Assembly (NCBI GenBank): GCA_963668025.2
Contig: CAXXTH010000017.1
Location: 512,001 to 576,000 of the forward strand
Length of the DNA: 64,000 nt
Direction of reading: 5' to 3'
Origin: Candidatus Hydrogenedentota bacterium
GTDB taxonomy: Bacteria; Hydrogenedentota; Hydrogenedentia; Hydrogenedentales; SLHB01
Part shown: positions 48,915-57,913 of the stretch, in pieces
Layout: each line of letters opens with the position of its first letter
How positions within the stretch are numbered: position 1 is the stretch's first letter
Position numbers and translations under genes: made by a program
Notes under the pieces: generated by a model
What the model was told of the DNA's origin: nothing
Databases searched by the model: none
The model's input: the letters and a program-made list of their open reading frames with translations, nothing else

Positions 48915-50080
48915 AACGAATAGCGGTCATGGCCTGCTGTGGCGGCGTTATGCTGGCGTTGTCTCAGCTTACTGCATGGGGGCAAAGCGCCCCCGCACCG
49001 GCAGCCCAATCCGATATCGTGTTGCGGTGTGTCCCGGATGGCCCCGTCGCCCGGGTGGATCAAGAAGCGATTGCTCCGGATGAATTCCGGGACTTGTATG
49101 TCGCGGAGCTTTTACGCCTACAGCATACGGGCGGGCAATTGGAGGATATCGAACGCATGGAACTGGCCATGCGATGCCTGCGAATGCTCATCGAGCGGAG
49201 CATGCTGTTCCAAAGCGCCCAGCAACAGGGCCTTGCGGTCACGGATGAAGAAGTCGCCACCGCTTGGAAAGAAGAAGTCGAACGCATGAGCAAAGGCCTC
49301 GCGGGCCAAAGCGGCAAGCCGCTCAGTGAAGAAGAAATTCTCAAGCTGGCCAATACAAGCCGCGAAAACGCGCTCAAAGAACTCCGCCGCACCATGCTGA
49401 TTGATAAAATGCGCGGCGTCATTGTGAAAAAAAAGAATGTAACCGCCACGGATGAGGAAGCGAAAAAATACTTTGACGATAATAAACTGAATAACCGCAT
49501 CCCCGATTCCGTGCGCATACAACAAATCTATATCAAAGTGCCTAAAACCGCTGGCGCGCCAAATCCCGCAATCGCCGAAAAGGCCCGGAAAGAAGCTGAC
49601 AACGCGTTGGCGCGGGTGAAATCCGGAGAGAAATTCGAGGCGGTGGCCAAGGCCGTCACCCAAGCCCCCAACAAACAGGGCGCCGAGGAAAATGGGACGC
49701 AAGTCGCCGTGGATGGGCTTCCCGCCGAATTGCGCCAGCCGGTCATGGCGTTAGCGCCTGGCGAAGTCAGCCCGGTAATCACGAGCGAATACGGCTTTCA
49801 TATCGTCAAGATGCTCGAAAAAGTCGCAGGCAAAGAGCCTACCTTCGAGGAAATGTCCGCCGGGATTAAAAAGCTCTTGCTCGCCCAACGAGGCAATGAG
49901 GCCGTACGCGAGTATTGCAGCGAAATGAAAAGCGAAATCACGATTTACATCGATTTTGACCGGGAAATTAAAGCCCGCCCCGACCTGCAAGAAGCCTTGA
50001 AAAAACTTCAAAAAGAAACCGATGAAAGCGCTCCGCAACAACCGGCGGCGGCCCCCAAAAAGCCCGCTTCAAAAAAATGA
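48911..50080 (+). CDS. SurA/PrsA-like peptidyl-prolyl isomerase chaperone
   Basis: Signal peptide, VARVD..AI, SurA-N helices, parvulin region (GEKFEAVAK, GEVSPVITSEYGFHIVK). Confidence 0.85.
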   Translation: MKRIAVMACCGGVMLALSQLTAWGQSAPAPAAQSDIVLRCVPDGPVARVDQEAIAPDEFRDLYVAELLRLQHTGGQLEDIERMELAMRCLRMLIERSMLFQSAQQQGLAVTDEEVATAWKEEVERMSKGLAGQSGKPLSEEEILKLANTSRENALKELRRTMLIDKMRGVIVKKKNVTATDEEAKKYFDDNKLNNRIPDSVRIQQIYIKVPKTAGAPNPAIAEKARKEADNALARVKSGEKFEAVAKAVTQAPNKQGAEENGTQVAVDGLPAELRQPVMALAPGEVSPVITSEYGFHIVKMLEKVAGKEPTFEEMSAGIKKLLLAQRGNEAVREYCSEMKSEITIYIDFDREIKARPDLQEALKKLQKETDESAPQQPAAAPKKPASKK

Positions 50081-50112
50081 TGCGCCAGGGATGCCATAAT
50101 GCTGTTTGATAC

Positions 50113-50148
50113 GAAAGGGGAGGCCTTGAAAAAGGGCTTCCCTTTTTT
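50113..50148 (+). terminator. Intrinsic terminator
   Basis: AAGGGGAGGCC / GGCTTCCCTT stem followed by T-run. Confidence 0.65.
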
Positions 50149-50200
50149 CATTAGGAGTTATGTCGTGCTCGATCATGATATTAGAGCCGAATGCCGCGCA

Positions 50201-52150
50201 ATGCCGTATAAGCGCTATGTTTTATTTTTTTGCATGGGCATACTATGCGCCATGGGAGCATTCGCCGAAGAAGCATTCGCCTGGCCGCTCGAGTTGCCGC
50301 GCGCGCTCACATCGAGCTTCGCCGAATACCGGACAGGCCGGTTCCATGCGGGCGTGGATTTGCGCACCGGGGGCATCGGCCAGCCCGTACATGCATGTAA
50401 AAACGGTTACGTATCGAGGGTGCGTTGCAGCCCTTATGGGTATGGTAAAGCCGTCTATCTCACCCTCGAAGATGGCCGCACGGTGGTGTACGCCCATCTT
50501 AATGATTACGCCCCCGCCTTGCGCGAATATGTGCGGAATGAACAGCATGCCCGCGAGACCTATACCGTGGATCTAGCTCCAACGCCGGGGCAGTTTGCCA
50601 TCCAGTGCGGCGAGGTCATCGCATATAGCGGCGACACCGGGATAGGCGCGCCGCATTTGCATTACGAGTTCCGGGAACCAGATGAACGTCCCGTGAATCC
50701 GCGTCTTTTGGATATTGCCTGGCCAGACGCCACCCCTCCAGTGGTGCGTACTATTCTTATCACCCCCATGGACCCCAGCGCGCGCATTAATGGAGACATG
50801 CAGCCGGTTATGCTCTCCGCCCATCCTCAAGGCAATGGGCGTTTTTTATGCGACGCTGTACATGCGCGCGGGCGGCTCGGTTTCGGAGCCGATATCATTG
50901 ATCCCGCCAATGGGGGCGATAATATCTTGGGCGTCTACAAACTAACGGCGGCGGCTGGCGCCGCCGAATTGTTCCGTGTTCAAAATGATTACTTGTCGTA
51001 TGACACGATACGCCACGGAGCGGTCTCCTGGCATCCGTACCTGCTGGCGCAAGGCATGTTCCTGCTGCTCTGGCGCTGGCCGGGCAACACCGCGCCCAGC
51101 TACAGCTTCTCGAGCGGCGACGGCATCTTTGATATGGGTGATGCGACCACGACGGTTACGCTGCAAGCGGAAGACTTCTCGGGCAATTCGGTCTCTATTG
51201 AGATTCCTCTAGAACCTGGCGGCCCCGGGCAATCGCCGATTCTCGATACCGCCATACCGCCGGAGAATACGCCGGGCGCGGTGGAGCTTTCCTGCTTCGG
51301 CACATGGGCCTGCATCACGGCGTCCTTCCCGCATGCGGAGCCACGGCCCCCCGTGATGCAAATAGAAGGCCCAGCGGCCAGCACGGGAGGCCGCTTTGTC
51401 CGAATTAATGACCGTACATTCCGGGCGGCCTATGACCCTTCCACAACCGGCATGGCCGCCTTGCACATCCAACATCCACGGCTGCAGGAACAGTCCTTCC
51501 GGGCCGCCGTTTTCCAGCGCGGGCAGGGAGGCCCGGCGCAGTGGGGAGATGCGGGCGTCGAAGCCGGCGCCAATGCCGCCTATGGGACACTCTTCATCTT
51601 GGAAGAAGATAAGCCCGCCGAATCCCCCGAAGCCTTGCGCATGCTGGGGCATCCCTATCGCTTCTGGCCGGACGCCGCTCCAATTGATGAGCCCATCACG
51701 ATCACCCTGCCGCTTCCCGAAGGCATTAGCGACCCATCAACGCTCGCCATCTATCGCAAAACGAACAAGGGCTGGGCCATGAAAGACACGACACGCAAGG
51801 ATGGCGCGCTGTGCGCACGCACCAATGAACTAGGTGTTTTCGCGGTGTTGGCGGACGAACAGCCCCCCCTCATCGACCAAGTGCAGCCGGGTGATGGCTG
51901 CTCCACGGCGAAGCGCCCCACGATTCGGGCGAGTATCGCGGATGGCGGAAGCGGCGTGGAAGCGTTCGAGATACGCGCCAATGGCCAATGGCTGTTAGCG
52001 GAATATGATCCAGAAGAAAACCGGCTCGAATGGGCGCGTGATGAAGACCTGCCCAGCGGCAATGTCTGTATCGAATTCCGCGTGACGGATAACGCAGGAA
52101 ACACCGCCACCGCCATGCGGAACATCCATGCCGGCGAAGCAAGCAAGTAG
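50201..52150 (+). CDS. M23-family peptidase with C-terminal Ig-like extension
   Basis: Signal peptide, FAEYR.GRFHAGVDL, YGKA, YAHL, SGDTG..APHLHYE. Confidence 0.88.
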   Translation: MPYKRYVLFFCMGILCAMGAFAEEAFAWPLELPRALTSSFAEYRTGRFHAGVDLRTGGIGQPVHACKNGYVSRVRCSPYGYGKAVYLTLEDGRTVVYAHLNDYAPALREYVRNEQHARETYTVDLAPTPGQFAIQCGEVIAYSGDTGIGAPHLHYEFREPDERPVNPRLLDIAWPDATPPVVRTILITPMDPSARINGDMQPVMLSAHPQGNGRFLCDAVHARGRLGFGADIIDPANGGDNILGVYKLTAAAGAAELFRVQNDYLSYDTIRHGAVSWHPYLLAQGMFLLLWRWPGNTAPSYSFSSGDGIFDMGDATTTVTLQAEDFSGNSVSIEIPLEPGGPGQSPILDTAIPPENTPGAVELSCFGTWACITASFPHAEPRPPVMQIEGPAASTGGRFVRINDRTFRAAYDPSTTGMAALHIQHPRLQEQSFRAAVFQRGQGGPAQWGDAGVEAGANAAYGTLFILEEDKPAESPEALRMLGHPYRFWPDAAPIDEPITITLPLPEGISDPSTLAIYRKTNKGWAMKDTTRKDGALCARTNELGVFAVLADEQPPLIDQVQPGDGCSTAKRPTIRASIADGGSGVEAFEIRANGQWLLAEYDPEENRLEWARDEDLPSGNVCIEFRVTDNAGNTATAMRNIHAGEASK

Positions 52151-52265
52151 GGTGCGCTTGCCCCCACTGCTCAAGGCCATTCGTTCGACAAGCAGAAAAG
52201 CCTCGACATAACCCGTCATGACGATTGCCTTTTTCCCACCACGAAGAACCGAAGAACACGAAAGG
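52147..52265 (+). repeat. Left arm of island: REP module A (52147-52176) and 9-mer module C (52231-52265)
   Basis: GTAGGGTGCGCTTGCCCCCACTGCTCAAGG matches 25082-25111 at 24/30; ACCACGAAGAACCGAAGAACACGAAAG. Confidence 0.75.
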
Positions 52266-52458
52266 ATTGGGAAGGATTCCGTGAGTGATGGTATATATCA
52301 GATAATCTTCCGTAAATACGAAAAATGAAATAAATGAAAAAGGATTGTTTTTTTACACCTATTGTGCTAATTTGCATACTAGTAGTTGTATCCCGCAGAT
52401 TATTGATTGGTAATCGGACGCCGGATTCCTTGTTATATACATGGGGATAAACAATCAA

Positions 52459-53481
52459 ATGGACACGACTGTAGTAGAAACACTAAAAGACATAAAGGGA
52501 AAACTAAAAAATCATGCCTATTATAATGAGGAACATACACGAATTAACGTAGTATTACGGCTATTAATGGATCTTGGTTGGAACATATGGGATCCATCTT
52601 TCGTATATCTAGAATATCCTGTCGCAAGAGAAGAGGAGTCAACAAAAGTAGATATTGCTCTATTTATTAACAAGCGCACAGCCATGTTCATCGAGGTAAA
52701 AGCACACAAAAAACTCGTGACCGATATAACCAATGTCGAAAGACAACTCAGAAATTATAACCGAGATAATACAGCGGAAATAACAATCGCAACAGATGGA
52801 CAAAATTGGCGTCTATATTATTCTCAAACAGACGGAAAGTTTGCAGACAAATTATTCCATGAACTTGACCTTCTGAAAGATAAAGAGGACGATATCCATC
52901 TTTGGTTGGATTCCTTTTTGTCATTTGAAGAAATACGTAGTGGAAACGCACTAAAAACGGCCAAAGAATTTCTTGAACGAGAAAGACGGCAGAAGTATTT
53001 GCAGGATTGCTTCCCTGACGCCAAGGAACTCACAATTACAGATCCCAGGCTAAGCGTGTTCCATGCGATGTGCCAGAAATTGAAAGAACGTAATGTTGAG
53101 ATTCCGGAAGATGAAATCATTGAATTCTTAAAAAGCCCCCAAATCAAGCCAGTGTCCTCTGAGGAATTGCGAGTTACAGATGATACTGTTCATGATACAA
53201 GCGTTTCCTCTGTTAGCGCTGGTCACACGAAGACTCATTATGACTGTTCTTTGCCTCCCGACGGCACAAAATGCAAAATTGAGATGAAGGGCAAATCGTA
53301 CACCGGAGTCGTCGTCAATAATAAGAAAATCAAAATTGATGGACAATCCGATCAATATTCATTAAGTGGGGCATCAGAAAAGCTTTACGGTGGACCACAT
53401 AATGGATGGAGAGAATGGGAGTTTTTCATAAACGGTAAATGGATCCTAGCAGAGTCATGGCGAGAAAATCGCAAAAGATAA
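52459..53481 (+). CDS. HsdR_N-like PD-(D/E)xK nuclease with C-terminal RAMA/DUF4357-like domain
   Basis: NEEHTR...LL.DLGW...EY....VDIAL.....FIEVK, IATDG..WRLY; C-terminal SLSGAS..LYGG.HNGWREW; very AT-rich; alternative start 52441. Confidence 0.72.
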   Translation: MDTTVVETLKDIKGKLKNHAYYNEEHTRINVVLRLLMDLGWNIWDPSFVYLEYPVAREEESTKVDIALFINKRTAMFIEVKAHKKLVTDITNVERQLRNYNRDNTAEITIATDGQNWRLYYSQTDGKFADKLFHELDLLKDKEDDIHLWLDSFLSFEEIRSGNALKTAKEFLERERRQKYLQDCFPDAKELTITDPRLSVFHAMCQKLKERNVEIPEDEIIEFLKSPQIKPVSSEELRVTDDTVHDTSVSSVSAGHTKTHYDCSLPPDGTKCKIEMKGKSYTGVVVNNKKIKIDGQSDQYSLSGASEKLYGGPHNGWREWEFFINGKWILAESWRENRKR

Positions 53482-53604
53482 TAAAATATTTATAACATAT
53501 ATATAATGCACATATTTTATTAGTCATTTTGACTCTGAATTACTTAGGTTGAATTTTGGAGAAGTCCTCGATTCTTCTTGCAGAGCACATGAAAGGAATG
53601 ACAA

Positions 53605-54178
53605 ATGTCATGTGAGCCACTAATCTCTGCAATTATTGGCGGTGGACTTGCGGGATTATTCACATTTGGAGGTGTCCGGTTAGCTGAGAAATATAATAGA
53701 AACAGAAAGGCCGAAGACGAAAAAAGGGTAATCGCGGGGCTATTGCATTCCCTTCATGATGAAATTGAAGCAGTTAATTTGCAGTATAGAGAAAGAATGG
53801 GAAAACAGATTGAAGCACTTAAAAAGGGAGAGCCTCTTTTGAGTTTTTTTCCCCGTAGGACAAGATTATTTCACAGTGTTTAATTCAAATGCGTCTCTTA
53901 TTGGGCATATCAACGACAATGAGCTACGTAAACAACTCGTGAAAACATATACTCTAGCAAAAGGATTAATTGACACTTATAGCATGAATAACGAACTAGT
54001 CCTAAAGTATGAGCAGTGGAACTTTATGGCAAGAACCTCTCAAGATCCTACACACACATTATTTGTACAAATTCTACATGATCAGCTTATCAACTATGCT
54101 CTGGCAATAAAAGATTCTCACCAGATTACTCAGATTGCTGTAGATAGCTTACTCAAGAAGTTGAAAGAGCACTTGTGA
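53605..54178 (+). pseudogene. Hypothetical N-terminal TM protein split by a 1-nt indel
   Basis: ORFs 53605-53883 and 53876-54178 join (LSFFPVGQDYFTVFNSNA) if one base of the T7-C4 run (53844-53854) is removed. Confidence 0.65.
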
Positions 54179-54293
54179 GCGGTGGGGCAAGCCCCACCCA
54201 CAAAATTTACGTGTATTTCGTGTATTTAGTGGTCTCGAAATCCGGCTTTTGGGGGTGCGGCTAAGCAACGCCATGTACTTCGTGGTGAAAATT
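54176..54293 (-). repeat. Right arm of island: REP module A (-), module C (-) twice
   Basis: Perfect stem GGTGGGGC-AA-GCCCCACC 54181-54198; TTTACGTGTATTTCGTGTATTTAGTGGT 54206-54233; GTACTTCGTGGTGAAAA 54275-54291. Confidence 0.82.
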
Positions 54294-54302
54294 TCCGGGG
54301 GC

Positions 54303-55636
54303 CTACGGCAGGAATTGCGCCAGCATGTCGCTCGTGATATCGCCCCGGCGGAACCGGTCGCTACGGATAATCCGGGCGCAGAGCTGGGCGGTGGTTTTCA
54401 CCCCTTCCGTGGAGAATTCCTCGAGCGCGCCCGCAAGGCGGTTAATCGCCTCATCGCGGTTGCGCCCATACCCAATGACTTTCGCCAGTAAGGAATCGTA
54501 GTACCGGGGCACGGTGTAGCCCGGGAAAAGATGGCTGTCCACCCGGATGCCCGGCCCTCCCGGGAAGTGGCAGCGCGTCACAAGGCCGGGCGATGGCGCG
54601 AAATTATTATCGGGGTCTTCCGCATACACCCGCGCCTCAATCGCAGCGCCTTTAGGCTCGATAACGCCAAAGCTCAGTTCTTCGCCAGCCGCCACGAAAA
54701 GCTGTTCCTTGACCAGATCATACCCCGTAACCTGCTCCGTTACCGGATGCTCGACCTGGATACGCGCATTAAATTCGATGAAGAAGAAATCGCCATTCTG
54801 CGAGAGGAGAAATTCGGCGGTTCCTGCATTCGTATATCCCATGGCCTTGGCGGCGATAACGGCCGCATCGGACATGCGGGCGCGCAATTCGGGAGAAAGC
54901 CCCGTTGAAGGCGTCTCCTCGATCAGCTTTTGATGGCGGCGCTGGATCGTGCATTCGCGCTCGCCAGGCTTACCACATGGCCATGATTATCGGCGAAAAT
55001 CTGTATCTCGACATGGCGGGAATTCTCAAGGAATTTCTCGAGATAGACCCCTCCATCGCCGAAGGCGGCTTCCGCTTCAGCCGAAGCCATGCTCACGGCG
55101 TTTTGCAGGGCCACTTCGTTGTGGGCGATGCGCATCCCCTTGCCGCCGCCCCCCGCGGAAGCCTTCACCAGCACGGGGAATCCGATCTCGCGGGCCAGGC
55201 GCAAGGCCTCGTCGGGGTCTTTAATCAATCCCTCGCTGCCCGGCACAACCGGCACGCCTGCATTTTTCACCGTCTCGCGGCACATGGATTTGTTGCCGCT
55301 GAGCGAGATGGCTTCCGGCGTAGGCCCGATGAAGCCGATGCCGCATTCGCGGCAAATCTCGGCGAATTTGGCGTTCTCGGAGAGGAAGCCGTAGCCGGGA
55401 TGAATCGCATGCGCGTCGCAGATCTCCGCCGCCGCGATAATGCTCGGCATATGAAGATAGCTGTGCGTGGCGGAAGGCGGGCCAATGCAGATGCTCTCAT
55501 CGGCTAAAGAGGCGTGCAGGCTGTCGCGATCCGCCTCGGAATACACCGCGATGGACGCCGCACCGATCTCGCGGCAGGCGCGAATCACCCGGACAGCGAT
55601 TTCTCCGCGATTGGCTATGAGGATTCGACGGAACAT
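54303..55636 (-). CDS. accC: Acetyl-CoA carboxylase biotin carboxylase; 1-nt frameshift near 54964 in this sequence
   Basis: [55 protein letters not shown]; adding one G restores [16 protein letters not shown]. Confidence 0.92.
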
Positions 55637-55645
55637 GGGGCGGAA

Positions 55646-56161
55646 TCAGCCCTCCTCGATGGGCCGCAAGGCAAAAAGCGGCTGGCCATATTCAACTGGT
55701 TCCGCATTCTCCACAAGCACCTTCACGATGACGCCGCTCATTTTCGCCGTCACTTCGTTCATGAGCTTCATGGCTTCTACGATGCACACAGTCTGGCCTT
55801 CCTCGACGACGCTCCCCACTTCCACGAAGGAGGGTTCGCCGGGGGCGGGCGCGATATAGAATACGCCCACCATCGGGGAATTGATGGTGGCAAGCCCCTC
55901 TTCTTCTTTAGCCGGTTCCGGCGCCACTGGGGCGGATGCCGGCTGGGCAAATCCCAAACCAGGCTGCTGCGCCAAGGCGGAAGAAAACGGCGCTTCATAC
56001 ATCTGGGGTATGGAAGCTCCCATATGAGTATGCGGAGGAAGAACGAATTCCTTGGGGCTCTTTTTAAGCAGAATACGGCTGCCCTTCTCTTCAATTTCTA
56101 TTTCAGAGATATTGGCGGCCTCGAATACTTGAATGATTTCACGCAGTTTATCCAAGTCCAC
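55646..56161 (-). CDS. accB: Biotin carboxyl carrier protein
   Basis: SPMVG.FY, VEAMKLMNE biotinylation motif, VEYGQPLF. Confidence 0.95.
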   Translation of the reverse strand: MDLDKLREIIQVFEAANISEIEIEEKGSRILLKKSPKEFVLPPHTHMGASIPQMYEAPFSSALAQQPGLGFAQPASAPVAPEPAKEEEGLATINSPMVGVFYIAPAPGEPSFVEVGSVVEEGQTVCIVEAMKLMNEVTAKMSGVIVKVLVENAEPVEYGQPLFALRPIEEG

Positions 56162-56196
56162 TTATGAGACCTCCCACGACCCGCCGAGAAGGCGCA

Positions 56197-56760
56197 TCAA
56201 CTGCTGACGCGTTCGATATACGCGCTTGTCCGTGTGTCCACCTTGATAGTCTCGCCCTCGTTTACGAAGAGCGGCACTTGGACCGTCACCCCCGTCTCGA
56301 GCGTGGCGGGCTTGGTGCCGCCCGACGCCCGATCTCCTTGTATGCCCGGATCGCATTTAGTGATCTTCAATATGACGGATGCCGGCACGCTCACCTTGAT
56401 GACTTTGTTGTTGTGGAACAACAAGGTGACCTTGTCGTTTTCTTTCATCCAATCCGAGCTATCGCCTATAACGGTGCTGCTGACTTCAATTTGTTCGTAG
56501 GAGTCGGGGTCCATGAAGTGAAACAAATCGCCATCGTAATAAAGATACTGCCAAGAACGTTCTTCGAGCCGGGCTTCTTCCATCTTTTCACCCGAGCGGA
56601 AGGTTTTCTCGAGAACGCGCCCCGTCAACACATTCTTAAAGCGGGTGCGCACAAACGCGCCGCCCTTGCCGGGCTTGACGTGCTGGAATTCGACAATTTC
56701 CATCAAACCGCCGTCCATTTCAACCACTAAACCATTCCGAAAATCTGCTGTCGAGATCAT
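56197..56760 (-). CDS. efp: Elongation factor P
   Basis: MISTADFRNG, FQHVKPGKGGAFVR, PGIQGD, KPATLETG..VQVPLF. Confidence 0.96.
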   Translation of the reverse strand: MISTADFRNGLVVEMDGGLMEIVEFQHVKPGKGGAFVRTRFKNVLTGRVLEKTFRSGEKMEEARLEERSWQYLYYDGDLFHFMDPDSYEQIEVSSTVIGDSSDWMKENDKVTLLFHNNKVIKVSVPASVILKITKCDPGIQGDRASGGTKPATLETGVTVQVPLFVNEGETIKVDTRTSAYIERVSS

Positions 56761-57830
56761 GTGCCAAGTATCCTGAGTTCTCGAGGCGCGCTGCTGAGTA
56801 TAGAGCACCCCTGTTCTGTGATTGCGATGACATCCTCAATGCGAACCCCGCCCCGCCCCGGTATATACACACCCGGCTCGACGGTGACGACCATGCCGGG
56901 CTCGAGTATCGTATCCGAGAACCGGTTGGCGCGGGGCTGCTCGTGGATCTCAATCCCCACGCCATGCCCCAATCCGTGGCCGAAATGGGCCCCCTGGCCT
57001 GCCTCGGATATCAAGCTGCGTGCGATAGCGTCAAATTCCCGGCATCGCATGCCGGGGCGGACGGCTTCAACCGCCATCCGTTGCGCCGCCAGCACAAGAT
57101 GATATGTTTCCTCAAACCACGTGCCGGGGATCGTACCGAATGCATAAGTACGTGTCAAGTCGGAGCAGTAGCCATCAAGCCGGCAGCCAAAATCCACCAG
57201 CACAATATCCCCCCACTCGAGGCTTGCGCTGCCAGGCTCCCCATGCGGCAACGAACTGCGCGCGCCAAATAGCGCAATGGTGGGGAACGATGCCCCTGAA
57301 GCGCCTTTCCGCTGGAAAGCATACTCGAACCGGGCCGCCAGCTCCCGCTCCGTCATGCCTATCTCCACCAGCTCCATGGTGTCGGAGAGGACATCCTCCG
57401 CCAGCTCGAGCGCTTTGCGAATCGATTCGATCTCTTCCGGGGATTTCACCGCACGCATGCTTGATACCAGCCCGGCCTCGGGGCATGCTTCGCCGTGAAG
57501 CTCTTCCTCGAATCTACGAAGCTGGCTTACCAAGAGGTAGTCCGGTTCAAATACGGCGCGCTTCGCCCGGCGCTTGTTGAAGAACGCCGCCACGGCCTTC
57601 ATTTGTTCGCCGGTCACTTCCTCGACCGCCATGCCTTGCACTTGCGCCTGGGCTTGCTCGGTATACCGGGAATCACAAAAAAAACGCGCATCATCCAAGG
57701 TCACGGCCACGGCCGAAGTCGTGCCGCGAAACTCCGTGAGATACTGATTGGCTGGCGGAGCCGCGCTAAAAAAGGCGTCGCACTGCGCCTCCTGCATCCG
57801 CGTGCGCAAGCGTTCTATTCGTTCCAGCAC
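56757..57830 (-). CDS. Xaa-Pro aminopeptidase (M24B)
   Basis: DSRYTEQA, RAVKS.EEI, PHG, DFG...GYCSD.TRT, HGLGHGVG.EIHE, VEPG.Y; GTG start after AAGGAGG. Confidence 0.9.
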   Translation of the reverse strand: MLERIERLRTRMQEAQCDAFFSAAPPANQYLTEFRGTTSAVAVTLDDARFFCDSRYTEQAQAQVQGMAVEEVTGEQMKAVAAFFNKRRAKRAVFEPDYLLVSQLRRFEEELHGEACPEAGLVSSMRAVKSPEEIESIRKALELAEDVLSDTMELVEIGMTERELAARFEYAFQRKGASGASFPTIALFGARSSLPHGEPGSASLEWGDIVLVDFGCRLDGYCSDLTRTYAFGTIPGTWFEETYHLVLAAQRMAVEAVRPGMRCREFDAIARSLISEAGQGAHFGHGLGHGVGIEIHEQPRANRFSDTILEPGMVVTVEPGVYIPGRGGVRIEDVIAITEQGCSILSSAPRELRILGT

Positions 57831-57913
57831 GATGTCCGCCTCCTTACACAAAACAGTTGTTTCCTGCGTAGTATACACCCCACGTACGGCGTCTGTTTCA
57901 TCCACGCAGTGAA

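Noticed and set aside
5408-54293. CRISPR array or integron attC interpretation of the dispersed repeats
   Set aside because: No regularly spaced direct repeats with unique spacers, no cas or intI gene, and no consistent RYYYAAC/GTTRRRY ends; the repeats are scattered and inverted.
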